Assembly: GCA_040754135.1 (NCBI GenBank)
Contig: JBFMDG010000001.1
Location: 1 to 38,812 of the forward strand
DNA: 38,812 nt
Reading direction: 5' to 3'
From: Verrucomicrobiota bacterium
Lineage (GTDB): Bacteria > Verrucomicrobiota > Verrucomicrobiia > Limisphaerales > SIBE01
Shown one piece after another: positions 9,701-17,450 of the stretch (within the stretch, counting starts at the first letter, position 1; each line of letters begins with the position of its first letter). The position numbers were made by a program, and so were the translations under genes. The notes beneath the pieces are model-generated. The model saw nothing but the letters and a program-made list of their open reading frames with translations, did not search any database and had not been told where the DNA came from.

Positions 9701-11688
9701 GCCCCATGACCAACATCGCCACAATCGGACGGGCCGAATTCGATCCGGTCGATTCGAACAACACCGCCATCACCGTCACAACGGTCAATGCACGCCCCGC
9801 GATTTCCATCGCCGACTCATTTGTGGATGAGGGTCATGCGGAGACCAGGCCGATGGAGTTCGAGCTGACCCTGACGTTGCCATCGAACCGAGAAGTGAGC
9901 GTCAGTTTTACGGCGCAACCGGTGAGCGCCACTCAAGGCATCGATTTCGTGGCGACAAACGGGGTCGTGACGTTTCCACCCGGAGTTGTCTCGCAGCGCA
10001 TTCAGGTGCTTGTCATTGGCGATACGGTTGATGAAGCCGATGAGATCTTGCGTGTGCAATTGAGCAACCCGCAACACAGCACGATCCGCGATGGCATTGG
10101 CACTGGCACGATTTTCGATGATGACGGTCCGCAAATCTCGATCAGCGACGCGCTTGTTGTGGAAGGGCATTCCGGCAATACCAATGCAGTTTTCCGCCTG
10201 GAACTCTCGGCCGCAAGCCCGCAAACCATCACCGTTGAGTACGAAACGGTGGACGGCTCGGCTCTGGCGCCGGGGGACTTCACGGCACGCACGGGCAGCG
10301 TGACGTTCGGCCTCGGATCGACCAACCGAACCATTACCGTCCCGGTGCGCGGCGATATTCAAGTCGAGGCGGACGAAACGTTTTCCCTGAACTTATTTGG
10401 AGCCATCGGCGGAAATCTGACCCGCACTCGCGCGGAAGGCCGCATTGTGAATGACGATGGGCTGCCCGGACAACTGCACCATTTTGCGTGGAGTCCTTTG
10501 CCGTCAATTGCGGAGGTGAACACGCCACTCAAAGTCATGCTTGCGGCGCAAGACATCGACAATCTTCCGGTGAAGGATTTTTCCGGCACAGCCACTTTGA
10601 GCGCGCGTTATGAAAATCCTGATGTGGAAATCGGCCGCGCCGTGACGGCATGGGAGTTTCCGATGGGAACCTCGTTTGAAGATTCGCGCATTCAATCGAT
10701 TTACCTGGCGGAAGAAGTGGGGCCGGCGCGGTGGCTCACCGGTCTGGCTTTGTACGTGGTCAAAGCCCCCAGCCAAACACTCACGCGCTGGACGATTCGA
10801 ATGAAGCATACGCCGCTCACTCAGTACACCGCCAACTCGACCTGGGACCGGACCGGCTGGACGCTGGTTTATCAGAAGCCGGAGGTCATTGCGGGCACCG
10901 GCTGGATTGCATTCGAATTCACCACGCCCTTTCTCTTCAATGGCACGGATCAGCTCATGATCGACCTCAGTTTCAACAACTCCACCTTCACCGATGACGG
11001 TCTTTGCCGATATTCACGCGTGGCCGAATCGCGCTCGATTTTCGCGCGAGCCGACAGTGATTTCGGCGATCCGTTAAACTGGTCGGCGACGTTTACTCCT
11101 TTCATTGAGATCGGACGCGAATTGCCCAATGTGCTGCTCATGTCGCGACCTTCTGTGCCTGTGTCCCCCACAGTCACTGAAAATTTTGTGGAAGGCGTTT
11201 GGAACGGCGAGATCACCTTTTTAGCGACGGGCTCGAATGTCTTTCTCAATGCGCGCCATCCTTTTGGCTATTTCGGAACCTCAGCGGCCGTCACCGTGCA
11301 ATTGGTGCTCGATACCGATGGCGATGGACTTCCCGATCAGTGGGAGGAACAGCATCGATTGAATCCACGCGACGCATCAGATGCCAGCGCGGATACCGAT
11401 GGTGACGGGGCAAGCAATGGCTGGGAGTTTTTGGCCGGCACGGATCCGCAGAGCGCCGCTGACGTTTTCAAAATCATCTCCTTGCGCAGGGATAGCGGGC
11501 AAATGAAGGTGCTGCTCGGCACTGTGCCGGGCAAAAAGTATTTGCTGGAACGGCGCACGGCCTTGACGGGTGGATCATGGGAAGCAGTGGGTCTGGAAAC
11601 TTCCGCAACCGGAACCGAACTGGAATTGAGCATCTCGGAAGCGAGTCCTGATTCGTTGGTGTTCTACCGCGCTCGGCTTGTGCCGTGA
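3718..11688 (+). CDS. Giant secreted multidomain protein with a peptidase M36 (fungalysin-type) zinc metalloprotease core plus adhesion/beta-sandwich modules
   Basis: One uninterrupted frame to the stop at 11688. HEYTHGLSNR (HExxH codons at 5305..5319) and GEGWSDF are M36 hallmarks, preceded by an FTP/PepSY-like propeptide region. Downstream modules: NIDO-like, three roughly 100-aa repeats, a jelly-roll (NGGFETGDFNGW), a DUF11-like repeat, two Calx-beta units (9805..10460), two DTDGDG Ca-binding motifs (11311..11430) and a C-terminal beta tail. The start is ambiguous: TTG 3655 in the track, ATG at 3718, 3739 or 3775. The hydrophobic signal-like segment is IHIALVLGCLGLTLLNVVA. Confidence 0.85.
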   Translation: MPLDLPEMPRRVVCALLRCMRPIGCTSNPLPIHIALVLGCLGLTLLNVVAFQKPETEPLPNFDKRFRAPEPSLNWTSTQREAIARLEQSVPGLVVQSDPVTGAPRLVTSRNGFLTGQNAAGISADTLEQFAENDPYRIPKAFLQEHRALFGHGAEMLDAAKIQREFVTAHSGLKTFVWRQELNGVPVFQAIMTAHVTRDGELVSVGSSFLPDVEYAAQNGVPHWAEVLANPPVSAVQALSAAAAHLGSYVSDSDRLNATRVQDPEGAAQKQRFVSAHLRGEAVAQLNWVALNRSHLKPCWKIELTLRGRSELYRVLVDAQTGEVLLRHCLTQYLTDATFRVFTSDSPSPFSPGHSVPSSTQPALVERVLVTLSALSTNASPAGWIADGGNETLGNNVDAHTDRNDDDLPDLPRPRGSPERVFDFPLALTNAPSTYGNASVVQLFYWNNWMHDRLYELGFTEEAGNFQANNFGRGGLGNDAVQADGQDGGGFNNANFSTPEDGSPGRMQMYLFNGPNPDRDGDLDAEIILHEYTHGLSNRRVGGGVGIFELQSAGMGEGWSDFYPLALLSEPGDDLNGNYAAGGYLTYRLADLTENYYFGIRRYPYSTDLTTNPLTFKDIDPGQASDHPGIPISPLFGGGIPADEVHNQGEVWCVTLWDARANLVRKWGFERGNQLILQLVTDGMNLSPANPNFLEARDAIIQADRVLTGGLNRDELWAAFAKRGMGFSASSPPSSTTIGVEESFDLPDDLLVLPNKGFASHGPEGGPFTVLTHTFTLSNTGTNAVQWSIINPAGWLRVSPESGAIPVGNNSTDVTVGIEPIAQSLPAGLYTESLTFTNHVTGRFQTRRVFLRVGQPDFLTEEFDDAPMKLPHRQLTFTPDEAGSYLACIETAMQFPVDPTDGDLLLLEDDDFAPLTLADGAEVKFFGTNYSTIYVSANGYITFTRGVSDFDPSLQAHFQLPRLSAFFTDLDPTVGGLISWKQLTDRVVVTYEDVPEFFFDTSNNFQIEMFFSGVIRVTYLEFEATTGLVGLSNGGGIPLGFSESDFASAGACLPALKLKLPASAVEDAGRLLGSVALPQESSVDTRLRFESSDPALLEVQPEIVIPAGELIGTFSFEIKPNPRPTGTRLGRVTARADGFRPAHGRMRIEDNESATLQIQVPDRAREGDNPMRGAGMVTITPVLVDTVLIELASANTNEVLVPPILILPAGQTHAIFDLSAVDDRRIDGTIATRITAHVDRWEESSASISVEDNETRDLRVQLKRRIGENGGTLANAGMIEIAGTLPSDLAVSLESSDPTEFNVPASVLIRAGETTAVFEGEARNDSEIDGTQTVHITAQASDFTSATAQILVLDDETPPAPAGPHPAHLSTNNPPRIELTWIGEGEAAKNGGFETGDFNGWIRQNSGSGSFVLTQGDLDPEGPELPTPAFSGRYCAVSRQIGPGKQMLAQEITIPEGVTSAVLRWADRIRNHASLFLPEFQEFRVEVQSSAGDPLAVLFTTQPDDPLLGDWTSRSADLLDFSGQTIRIAFIEQDNLGYFNVYLDDIRVEIGSIGPPGAPGATEFEVFFGKAPVPGASELLGTTSEKRWPLAILPIDSTYYWQVIARKGEARTAGPIWQFSVPGVGPIDHFSFAAVASPQFVTQPFSVEVQARDIFENVATNFSGRARLIGGIEIPPVIVGSESNSWEYPMGTANHDQRVQAIYLREELGPARRLTALALFVVTPPGQTLNRWTIRMKHSQLKRFELFSPLWERTGWTTVYQNNETISGSGWVEFQFSTPFDYNGGSSLMIDFSFNNSTGSTDGSCRFFAAESRGMAFSADSDFGDPLTWSGSEPLVFFAESRIPAIRLSSFTGLQLQPSTTGDFKEGLWSGDITIEQVANGMILRVEDEDGHVGRSAPFDVQARDDLSITMRDTPDPVTVTEPVTLEILVNNSGPSEANDVVVTNKLGSNVTFNSIDLSQGTGVASSGQVVASLGTLAGGASARITLVVTPTSTSPMTNIATIGRAEFDPVDSNNTAITVTTVNARPAISIADSFVDEGHAETRPMEFELTLTLPSNREVSVSFTAQPVSATQGIDFVATNGVVTFPPGVVSQRIQVLVIGDTVDEADEILRVQLSNPQHSTIRDGIGTGTIFDDDGPQISISDALVVEGHSGNTNAVFRLELSAASPQTITVEYETVDGSALAPGDFTARTGSVTFGLGSTNRTITVPVRGDIQVEADETFSLNLFGAIGGNLTRTRAEGRIVNDDGLPGQLHHFAWSPLPSIAEVNTPLKVMLAAQDIDNLPVKDFSGTATLSARYENPDVEIGRAVTAWEFPMGTSFEDSRIQSIYLAEEVGPARWLTGLALYVVKAPSQTLTRWTIRMKHTPLTQYTANSTWDRTGWTLVYQKPEVIAGTGWIAFEFTTPFLFNGTDQLMIDLSFNNSTFTDDGLCRYSRVAESRSIFARADSDFGDPLNWSATFTPFIEIGRELPNVLLMSRPSVPVSPTVTENFVEGVWNGEITFLATGSNVFLNARHPFGYFGTSAAVTVQLVLDTDGDGLPDQWEEQHRLNPRDASDASADTDGDGASNGWEFLAGTDPQSAADVFKIISLRRDSGQMKVLLGTVPGKKYLLERRTALTGGSWEAVGLETSATGTELELSISEASPDSLVFYRARLVP

Positions 11689-11854
11689 AACCGTGCGCAC
11701 GCAGTCTTCGCGCATTGAACTCCTGATTCTCGAAATCGAATGCCCGACAGGACTGGGCGTTTTAAAAGAGGACGTTTACCGCAGAAAGGAGAGAGAATCT
11801 GTAGCCACTCTCGGATCGCATTTGCCTAACGAATTTCCGCGCTGGCACGCTTCT

Positions 11855-14119
11855 TCAGGTCAGGTCCACGGGATCGACATCCACCGTGAGCCGGATATCT
11901 TCGGGCAGCTTGAGCGTCTCCAAAATTTGGGTCAGCGCTTGGCTTAAGCGCGACATTTGCCGCGTGCGCAGCATGATTTGGTAGCGATAAAAAGTTGCGG
12001 CGCGCAGCAACGGCGCAGGCGCGGGGCCTGCGACCACCAGGTCTTTTAACTCACCGGCCCGTTTTTCAATTTCCCGTTTCACATGCTCCGCCGAAAAACT
12101 CACCTTCTCCTCGTTCCGGCCGCGCAGCGTCAGCAAAGTCGCGCGGCTCAGCGGCGGATATTTCAGTTGTTCGCGAAACTCGATTTCCTGTTCGTAAAAA
12201 CCGATGAAATCGTGCCGCCGCGCATATTGAATCGCCGGATGAAACGGCGTAAAGGCTTGCACAAACACCTCGCCTTCCACGTCACCGCGTCCCGCCCGGC
12301 CGGCCACTTGCGTGAGCAATTGAAACGTCCGTTCCCCCGCGCGGAAATCGGGCATGTGCAAACTCAGATCGGCGTAAATGATCCCCACGAGCGTGACGTT
12401 GGGAAAATGCAGTCCTTTGGCGATCATTTGCGTGCCGACCAGAATGTCGATTTTGCCCGTGCGAAAGTCGCCGAGAATGCGGCGGTAATCCTCCTTGCGC
12501 TGGAGCGCGTCTGAATCCATGCGCACCACGCTGGCTTGCGGAAACAATTTGTGCAGGGATTCCTCGACGCGTTCCGTGCCGAGCCCGGCGTATCGAATCG
12601 CGGGATTGCGGCATTGAGCTTCCGGACAAACGGCAGGCGCATCCTCCTGATGCCCGCAAATATGGCAACAGAGCTTTTGCAATCGGCGATGATACGTGAG
12701 CGCGATGCTGCAATTCGGGCACCCGGCCACAAAGCCGCACTTGGGACATTGCAGCGAAGAAGCGTACCCGCGCCGGTTTAGGAAGAGGATCGTTTGTTCC
12801 TTTTTTTCCAGCCGCCTCGTGATGGCCTCTTTCAATCCCACTGAAAAAATCGGAACGCCTTTGGCCTTGCGCGCTTCCTGCCGCATATCGATGACTCGAA
12901 CGAGGGGCATGCGGCGATCATCGATGCGCGTTGGCATTTCCAGCAACGCGTATTTGCCGCGGCGCGCATTGAAATAACTTTCGAGCGAGGGCGTCGCCGA
13001 ACCGAGAACGACCACAGCCTGCTCGAACTGGCCACGCATCACCGCGACATCGCGTGCGTGATAACGAGGCGTTTCCTCCTGTTTGTAAGAATGCTCGTGC
13101 TCCTCATCCACAATGATGAGTCCGAGCGGATCGACCGGCGCAAAAATCGCCGAACGCGCGCCAATGACAATGCGGGCGCGGCCTTGGCGAATCTTTTGCC
13201 ATTCGTCATGCCGTTCGCCTGCAGAAAGGTGGCTGTGCAACACGGCGACGAGCGTTTGCAACGGTCCTGAAGTGAAACGCGCTTTGAATCGTTCCACGGT
13301 TTGGGGCGTGAGCGAAATTTCGGGCACGAGCACGATGGCGCCTTTGCCACGTTCGAGCGCATGGGCGATGGCCTGAAGATAAACTTCTGTTTTGCCGCTC
13401 CCGGTCACGCCGTAAAGCAGGAATGTGGTTTTGCCTTTCTGATTGCCAGCCGCCGCGCTGTCGGAGGTCGGCGGAGTCTTTTGCCATGCGTCAATCGCGC
13501 TGGTGATCTGGCGAAGCGCGGCCGCTTGCTCCGTGTTCAGGACGAGTGGTTGGGTGGGAAGAATCAATTCGTTTGCATAAGGATCGCGCTCCGAAATTTT
13601 TGGCGCGATCGTCACGAGGCCTTTTTCTTCGAGGCGGCGCACCGTAGCCGAAGTGGTGTCGGCCAGTTCGATCAACTGTTGCAAAGGCAATTCGTGCCAT
13701 TCATCGATGATATTCCAGAGATCCTGCTGGCGTTTGCTCAGTTTCGGCATAGGGCCGTGCCACGGCTGTTTGCGGACGAAGAGCAATTCGCGCCAGCCTT
13801 TTTGTTCACGGCGCACGGCTTCGGGAAGGACAGTCTTTAAAACGCTATCGAGCCGGGAACAGTAATAATCGGCAATCCAGCGCGCGAGTTTCAGAACATT
13901 GGGAGTGATCGGCGCCTGAGAACCGAGGAGCCTGGCAATCGGCCGGAGGTTGGTCTGCGGCGAGTGCTCGACCAAGGCCGTCACCGAACCGAGCACATGC
14001 CGCGGCCCGAAGGGGACCTTGACCCGGCTGCCAATCTCGATGTCACGCTCGAACTCGGGCGGAATGAGATAATCGAACTCCTTGCGGAGCGCGAAATCGA
14101 GAGTGACGCGAGCGATCAT
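11855..14119 (-). CDS. priA: Primosomal protein N' (replication restart helicase PriA)
   Basis: 754 aa with an ATG start. Walker A GVTGSGKTEVY, DEEH box (IIVDEEHEHSYKQ), the Cys-rich zinc-binding insert (CPKCG...CPNC...CHICG) and a PriA-typical N-terminus (VKVPFGPRHVLGSV). Confidence 0.95.
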   Translation of the reverse strand: MIARVTLDFALRKEFDYLIPPEFERDIEIGSRVKVPFGPRHVLGSVTALVEHSPQTNLRPIARLLGSQAPITPNVLKLARWIADYYCSRLDSVLKTVLPEAVRREQKGWRELLFVRKQPWHGPMPKLSKRQQDLWNIIDEWHELPLQQLIELADTTSATVRRLEEKGLVTIAPKISERDPYANELILPTQPLVLNTEQAAALRQITSAIDAWQKTPPTSDSAAAGNQKGKTTFLLYGVTGSGKTEVYLQAIAHALERGKGAIVLVPEISLTPQTVERFKARFTSGPLQTLVAVLHSHLSAGERHDEWQKIRQGRARIVIGARSAIFAPVDPLGLIIVDEEHEHSYKQEETPRYHARDVAVMRGQFEQAVVVLGSATPSLESYFNARRGKYALLEMPTRIDDRRMPLVRVIDMRQEARKAKGVPIFSVGLKEAITRRLEKKEQTILFLNRRGYASSLQCPKCGFVAGCPNCSIALTYHRRLQKLCCHICGHQEDAPAVCPEAQCRNPAIRYAGLGTERVEESLHKLFPQASVVRMDSDALQRKEDYRRILGDFRTGKIDILVGTQMIAKGLHFPNVTLVGIIYADLSLHMPDFRAGERTFQLLTQVAGRAGRGDVEGEVFVQAFTPFHPAIQYARRHDFIGFYEQEIEFREQLKYPPLSRATLLTLRGRNEEKVSFSAEHVKREIEKRAGELKDLVVAGPAPAPLLRAATFYRYQIMLRTRQMSRLSQALTQILETLKLPEDIRLTVDVDPVDLT

Positions 14120-14204
14120 GTCGCTCGCAGTCTTCCGATGGAAAGGGCGTGCGTCAAGAATGGCAAAAAGGGTGACTGCTTCGATTCCGAAACGCAGCTG
14201 GCGG

Positions 14205-17200
14205 TTATTTCAGAACTCGCAATTGGTCATCAAGCCCCCAGAACAAAAAGACCTGATCATCGCCATGTTCAAAGGCCGGTCGGGCAGTGGTCGCCGCTGG
14301 CCCACCGGATATCAAACTGCCAATGGGAACGGCGGGCTGGCCGCGGCGCACCACCACGGCGCGAATGTTCATCTCCTTCAGTTCCGACAGGATTTCTGGA
14401 TCCAACCCGGGTTCGAGCCACGGATCAAAAACAAAATCCTCAGACGAGTTGTGGTGGCCAGGGCGATAGGTTTGGGAGAATTCGTCTTTCAGCTCGATGG
14501 CTCTCGAAGCCAGTCCGTGGATTGTCGTTCCAACCCACGCAATCACCGGCGCGGTGTATCCGGCGCCAGTTCCTCCCGGTTCTCTCGGCCAATAATAGCG
14601 CGTCGTGATTTCAATTCCACGCTGGGAAAGTGTCCGCTGTTGCAGCTTGCTTTCAAGAGTAATCGATGGCGCCGGCGCGAGCCAGACCACATCCGAAAGC
14701 GTGTTCGTCACCACGAAATCGTCGAACGCCACCGTCGGCTGTGGAACCGCGTAATCGATCTGAAATTCCAGGCGGTGATCGCTAAGGAAGACCAGTGGGC
14801 CGAGCCAGGGGGTGTAATCGGGGATATCGAAAACTCGAAGTTCAAAGAGACGGTGTGAGGCCCCCGAACCTGCCGCCCACCTTTCGGCGGTATGATTCTC
14901 TTTGCGCATGAAGGTGTATTCGGGGAGCGCAGCCGGATTCCCCGAAAACTGAAGGCGATTCGTGCCGTGGCGCGCATCCAATTCGATTTCTCCAAACAGA
15001 GATTCGGAACGGTTCGAACTGACGAGAGCCGTGTGCCGCGTTGTCAATCGCCACAACGACTTCAATCGATGATTGGCAATCACGTCACCGAACTCGCCCT
15101 GGAAAAGCAGATAGCGATTCGTCGAGCTCATCAGATATTGGGTGGTGCGCGGCGCGGTGGCGGGCGGAACGGTGCGGATTTGTTTCACACGCAAATGGCC
15201 CGGCTCAACTTTTTTGTATTCGAAATCGAGCGTGATCAATTCATTCGTTCCCAGCTCCTGTTGCCATCGCAGCGTGGCGGTCTTTAAAAGCGCATAAAGA
15301 TCGCGATATTCCTGTTCCCAATTCATGACCGTGGCGCCGAGTTGCACCAGGCTCGAACGCGTCACCACTGAAAAAAACGGCCGCGTGCCGCTGGCGAAAT
15401 CAATCACGCTGACTTCTTCGGGACGCGCCGCCGAATCGGGATTGGTCACCGACGTAGCCCCCACTTGCGTGATGAGCCTTGTGGTCATCATCCACGAGCC
15501 GCTGCCATAGTTGCGAAACTCGAGCAGCGCCACGCCGTTCGCCAATTCGAAAACGTCGGGCGTGGAATGATGCACGAGAACGCCCATGCCGACTTGCGTT
15601 TCATCGACGCGATGACGCAGCCGTTCGAGGAATGCATTGTCATTGTAAAAACTGGCAAACACGCGGCGCAAAGCGCGAAACACTCCGCGTTCGCGAGGCT
15701 CCTCCGGATCGCACCGGCTCGGTCCGGCCGTGTCGTCGTCGAGATCGTCGGCCAAACATCCGCTGTAACTGTCGTAAAGTCCGGCGCCGCTGAATTGGTC
15801 GCTGTCCTCGACATTTGTCGAGCTACGAAAACGGATATTGCGCTGGCCATCGAATCCGGCCGATTGCAATGCGGCGATGATGGCGGCGCGATGCGCGGGT
15901 GAGAAATCGCCGTCGCGAATGAGTTCGCGCACATCATCGAGGGCGTTCTGGAGTTCGGCCATATTGGGCGGCCAGGAGAAATCCCGCAGTCTGGAATCAA
16001 TGGTTGCGCGCAATGTCCGGCCATCCCCGAGCACTTGATCCATGTAGCCATCCCAAAGATCGAAGCTGAATGCAATGGCGGGCGACGGAGCGTTCGCCGG
16101 AATGCTGCGGCGGAGAATGCCGAAATTGGCCGCTTTGCCTCCAACAAAACGGATATCGGACGGCGCCAGTGATTCTGTTCCGATGCTGAGCTGCCCCAAC
16201 GATTGTTTCGGAGGAATTTTCAGCGGCGGCGGCTGCTTCAACGATAAGATCTCCGCGCGCAGGGCGGGCGGGAGATCTGATGCCAACGGGACAGTAGCCG
16301 CCTCTTGCAGGGCAAAAAAGTCGATCGCCCGCAAAACAACCTCGCGTCCAATCCAGCTCATGACCGTCTCGGCGAATCCTGGCTGCACAATATGCACGAA
16401 TGGTATCCCGAATGATTTCGCCAGAATCGCCACGTGCGAATTGGGTGTGGCCGGACTCAAGGCAATAATTCCCGCCAACGGCGGCACCTCCGCTGGAACG
16501 GCATCGGTCAGCAGAATATCATCAGGTCTAAGCCGCCCTTCCCGGTAAGCCAGAGCGATCTCGGCCCCTGGCACAAAGACCAGTTTGCCCAGCGCCCATC
16601 CAGGAGCATAGATCTGGTCGGCTATCACCCATCGATCGGCCGAACTGACCGGAATACCGCGTGAAGCGAACCAATTGGCATTTTGCAGTGCTACCTCACG
16701 CTGCTCGAATGTCGGCAGATAATAAACCTGCATGTCCGGACCCGCGCCGAGAACGGACCGCACAACCTCAAACCACTCCGCGACCGATTCGCGCGGATAA
16801 GCATCGTAACCGACGAACTGAATGCCCGCTTCGAGCAAATTCTCGGTCGGCGAAAAGAGCACGGCGCCGAGAACGGCTTTTTGACTGTTCGTGCGCAAGG
16901 TGGCGGCATCGAATTGCTGCCGGGAGAATCCTTTGAATTCGGGCAAGCGCTCGACGGCAAAATCGTAATGAAACAGGTATTTGCGGCTGTCCTGGAAAAT
17001 GACGCGCTGTGGTTGATTGAGCCGAAGCATGAATTTCACCCATCGCGGCTCGCTTTTCCCGACGGGGGGTTCCGGAGATTGGAAGGGATCCGCTTTGGCC
17101 CGGAGCACGTTTTTCCAGTCGTCGTCGCTCGTCAGTTCCCGAAATCGGCTGCGGTAAAACCGGTAAGGGGCGGTTGGCGCAGCAAGATCGGGCACGTCGA

Positions 17201-17450
17201 AAACCGTTCCATGACCAACGAGCCATTCGTTCCAGTTCCGGAAATCCGCGCCACGTTCGATGACCGAGACCTGGTTTTCGGCGGCATCGACCGTGATGCG
17301 CGGATGGCTGGAACCGGCCGGGATGCGGAGGCTCATGCGGTTGGTTCCAGTTTCGGCAGCGGGAGTATTGAGCGTGAAGAATGAAGATGGGCCAGCGCAG
17401 AGCAGCGGCGCGGCAGCGATGCAGAAGCAAACTTTTTTCACAACAACCAT
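14205..17450 (-). CDS. Signal-peptide-bearing PEP-utilising / pyruvate-phosphate-dikinase-like protein (swivel-His domain followed by a PPDK_N-type ATP-grasp, with unknown N- and C-terminal regions)
   Basis: Swivel-domain motif GIIALSPATPNSHVAILAKSFGIPFV (His codon at 16434..16436). PPDK_N-like motifs FVGGKAANFGIL (16114..16140) and RFRSSTNVEDSDQFSGAGLYDS (about 15771..15815). I chose the start at ATG 17450 (MVVVKKVCFCIAAAPLLCAGP); the track start at 17456 is TTG. Confidence 0.7.
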   Translation of the reverse strand: MVVVKKVCFCIAAAPLLCAGPSSFFTLNTPAAETGTNRMSLRIPAGSSHPRITVDAAENQVSVIERGADFRNWNEWLVGHGTVFDVPDLAAPTAPYRFYRSRFRELTSDDDWKNVLRAKADPFQSPEPPVGKSEPRWVKFMLRLNQPQRVIFQDSRKYLFHYDFAVERLPEFKGFSRQQFDAATLRTNSQKAVLGAVLFSPTENLLEAGIQFVGYDAYPRESVAEWFEVVRSVLGAGPDMQVYYLPTFEQREVALQNANWFASRGIPVSSADRWVIADQIYAPGWALGKLVFVPGAEIALAYREGRLRPDDILLTDAVPAEVPPLAGIIALSPATPNSHVAILAKSFGIPFVHIVQPGFAETVMSWIGREVVLRAIDFFALQEAATVPLASDLPPALRAEILSLKQPPPLKIPPKQSLGQLSIGTESLAPSDIRFVGGKAANFGILRRSIPANAPSPAIAFSFDLWDGYMDQVLGDGRTLRATIDSRLRDFSWPPNMAELQNALDDVRELIRDGDFSPAHRAAIIAALQSAGFDGQRNIRFRSSTNVEDSDQFSGAGLYDSYSGCLADDLDDDTAGPSRCDPEEPRERGVFRALRRVFASFYNDNAFLERLRHRVDETQVGMGVLVHHSTPDVFELANGVALLEFRNYGSGSWMMTTRLITQVGATSVTNPDSAARPEEVSVIDFASGTRPFFSVVTRSSLVQLGATVMNWEQEYRDLYALLKTATLRWQQELGTNELITLDFEYKKVEPGHLRVKQIRTVPPATAPRTTQYLMSSTNRYLLFQGEFGDVIANHRLKSLWRLTTRHTALVSSNRSESLFGEIELDARHGTNRLQFSGNPAALPEYTFMRKENHTAERWAAGSGASHRLFELRVFDIPDYTPWLGPLVFLSDHRLEFQIDYAVPQPTVAFDDFVVTNTLSDVVWLAPAPSITLESKLQQRTLSQRGIEITTRYYWPREPGGTGAGYTAPVIAWVGTTIHGLASRAIELKDEFSQTYRPGHHNSSEDFVFDPWLEPGLDPEILSELKEMNIRAVVVRRGQPAVPIGSLISGGPAATTARPAFEHGDDQVFLFWGLDDQLRVLK

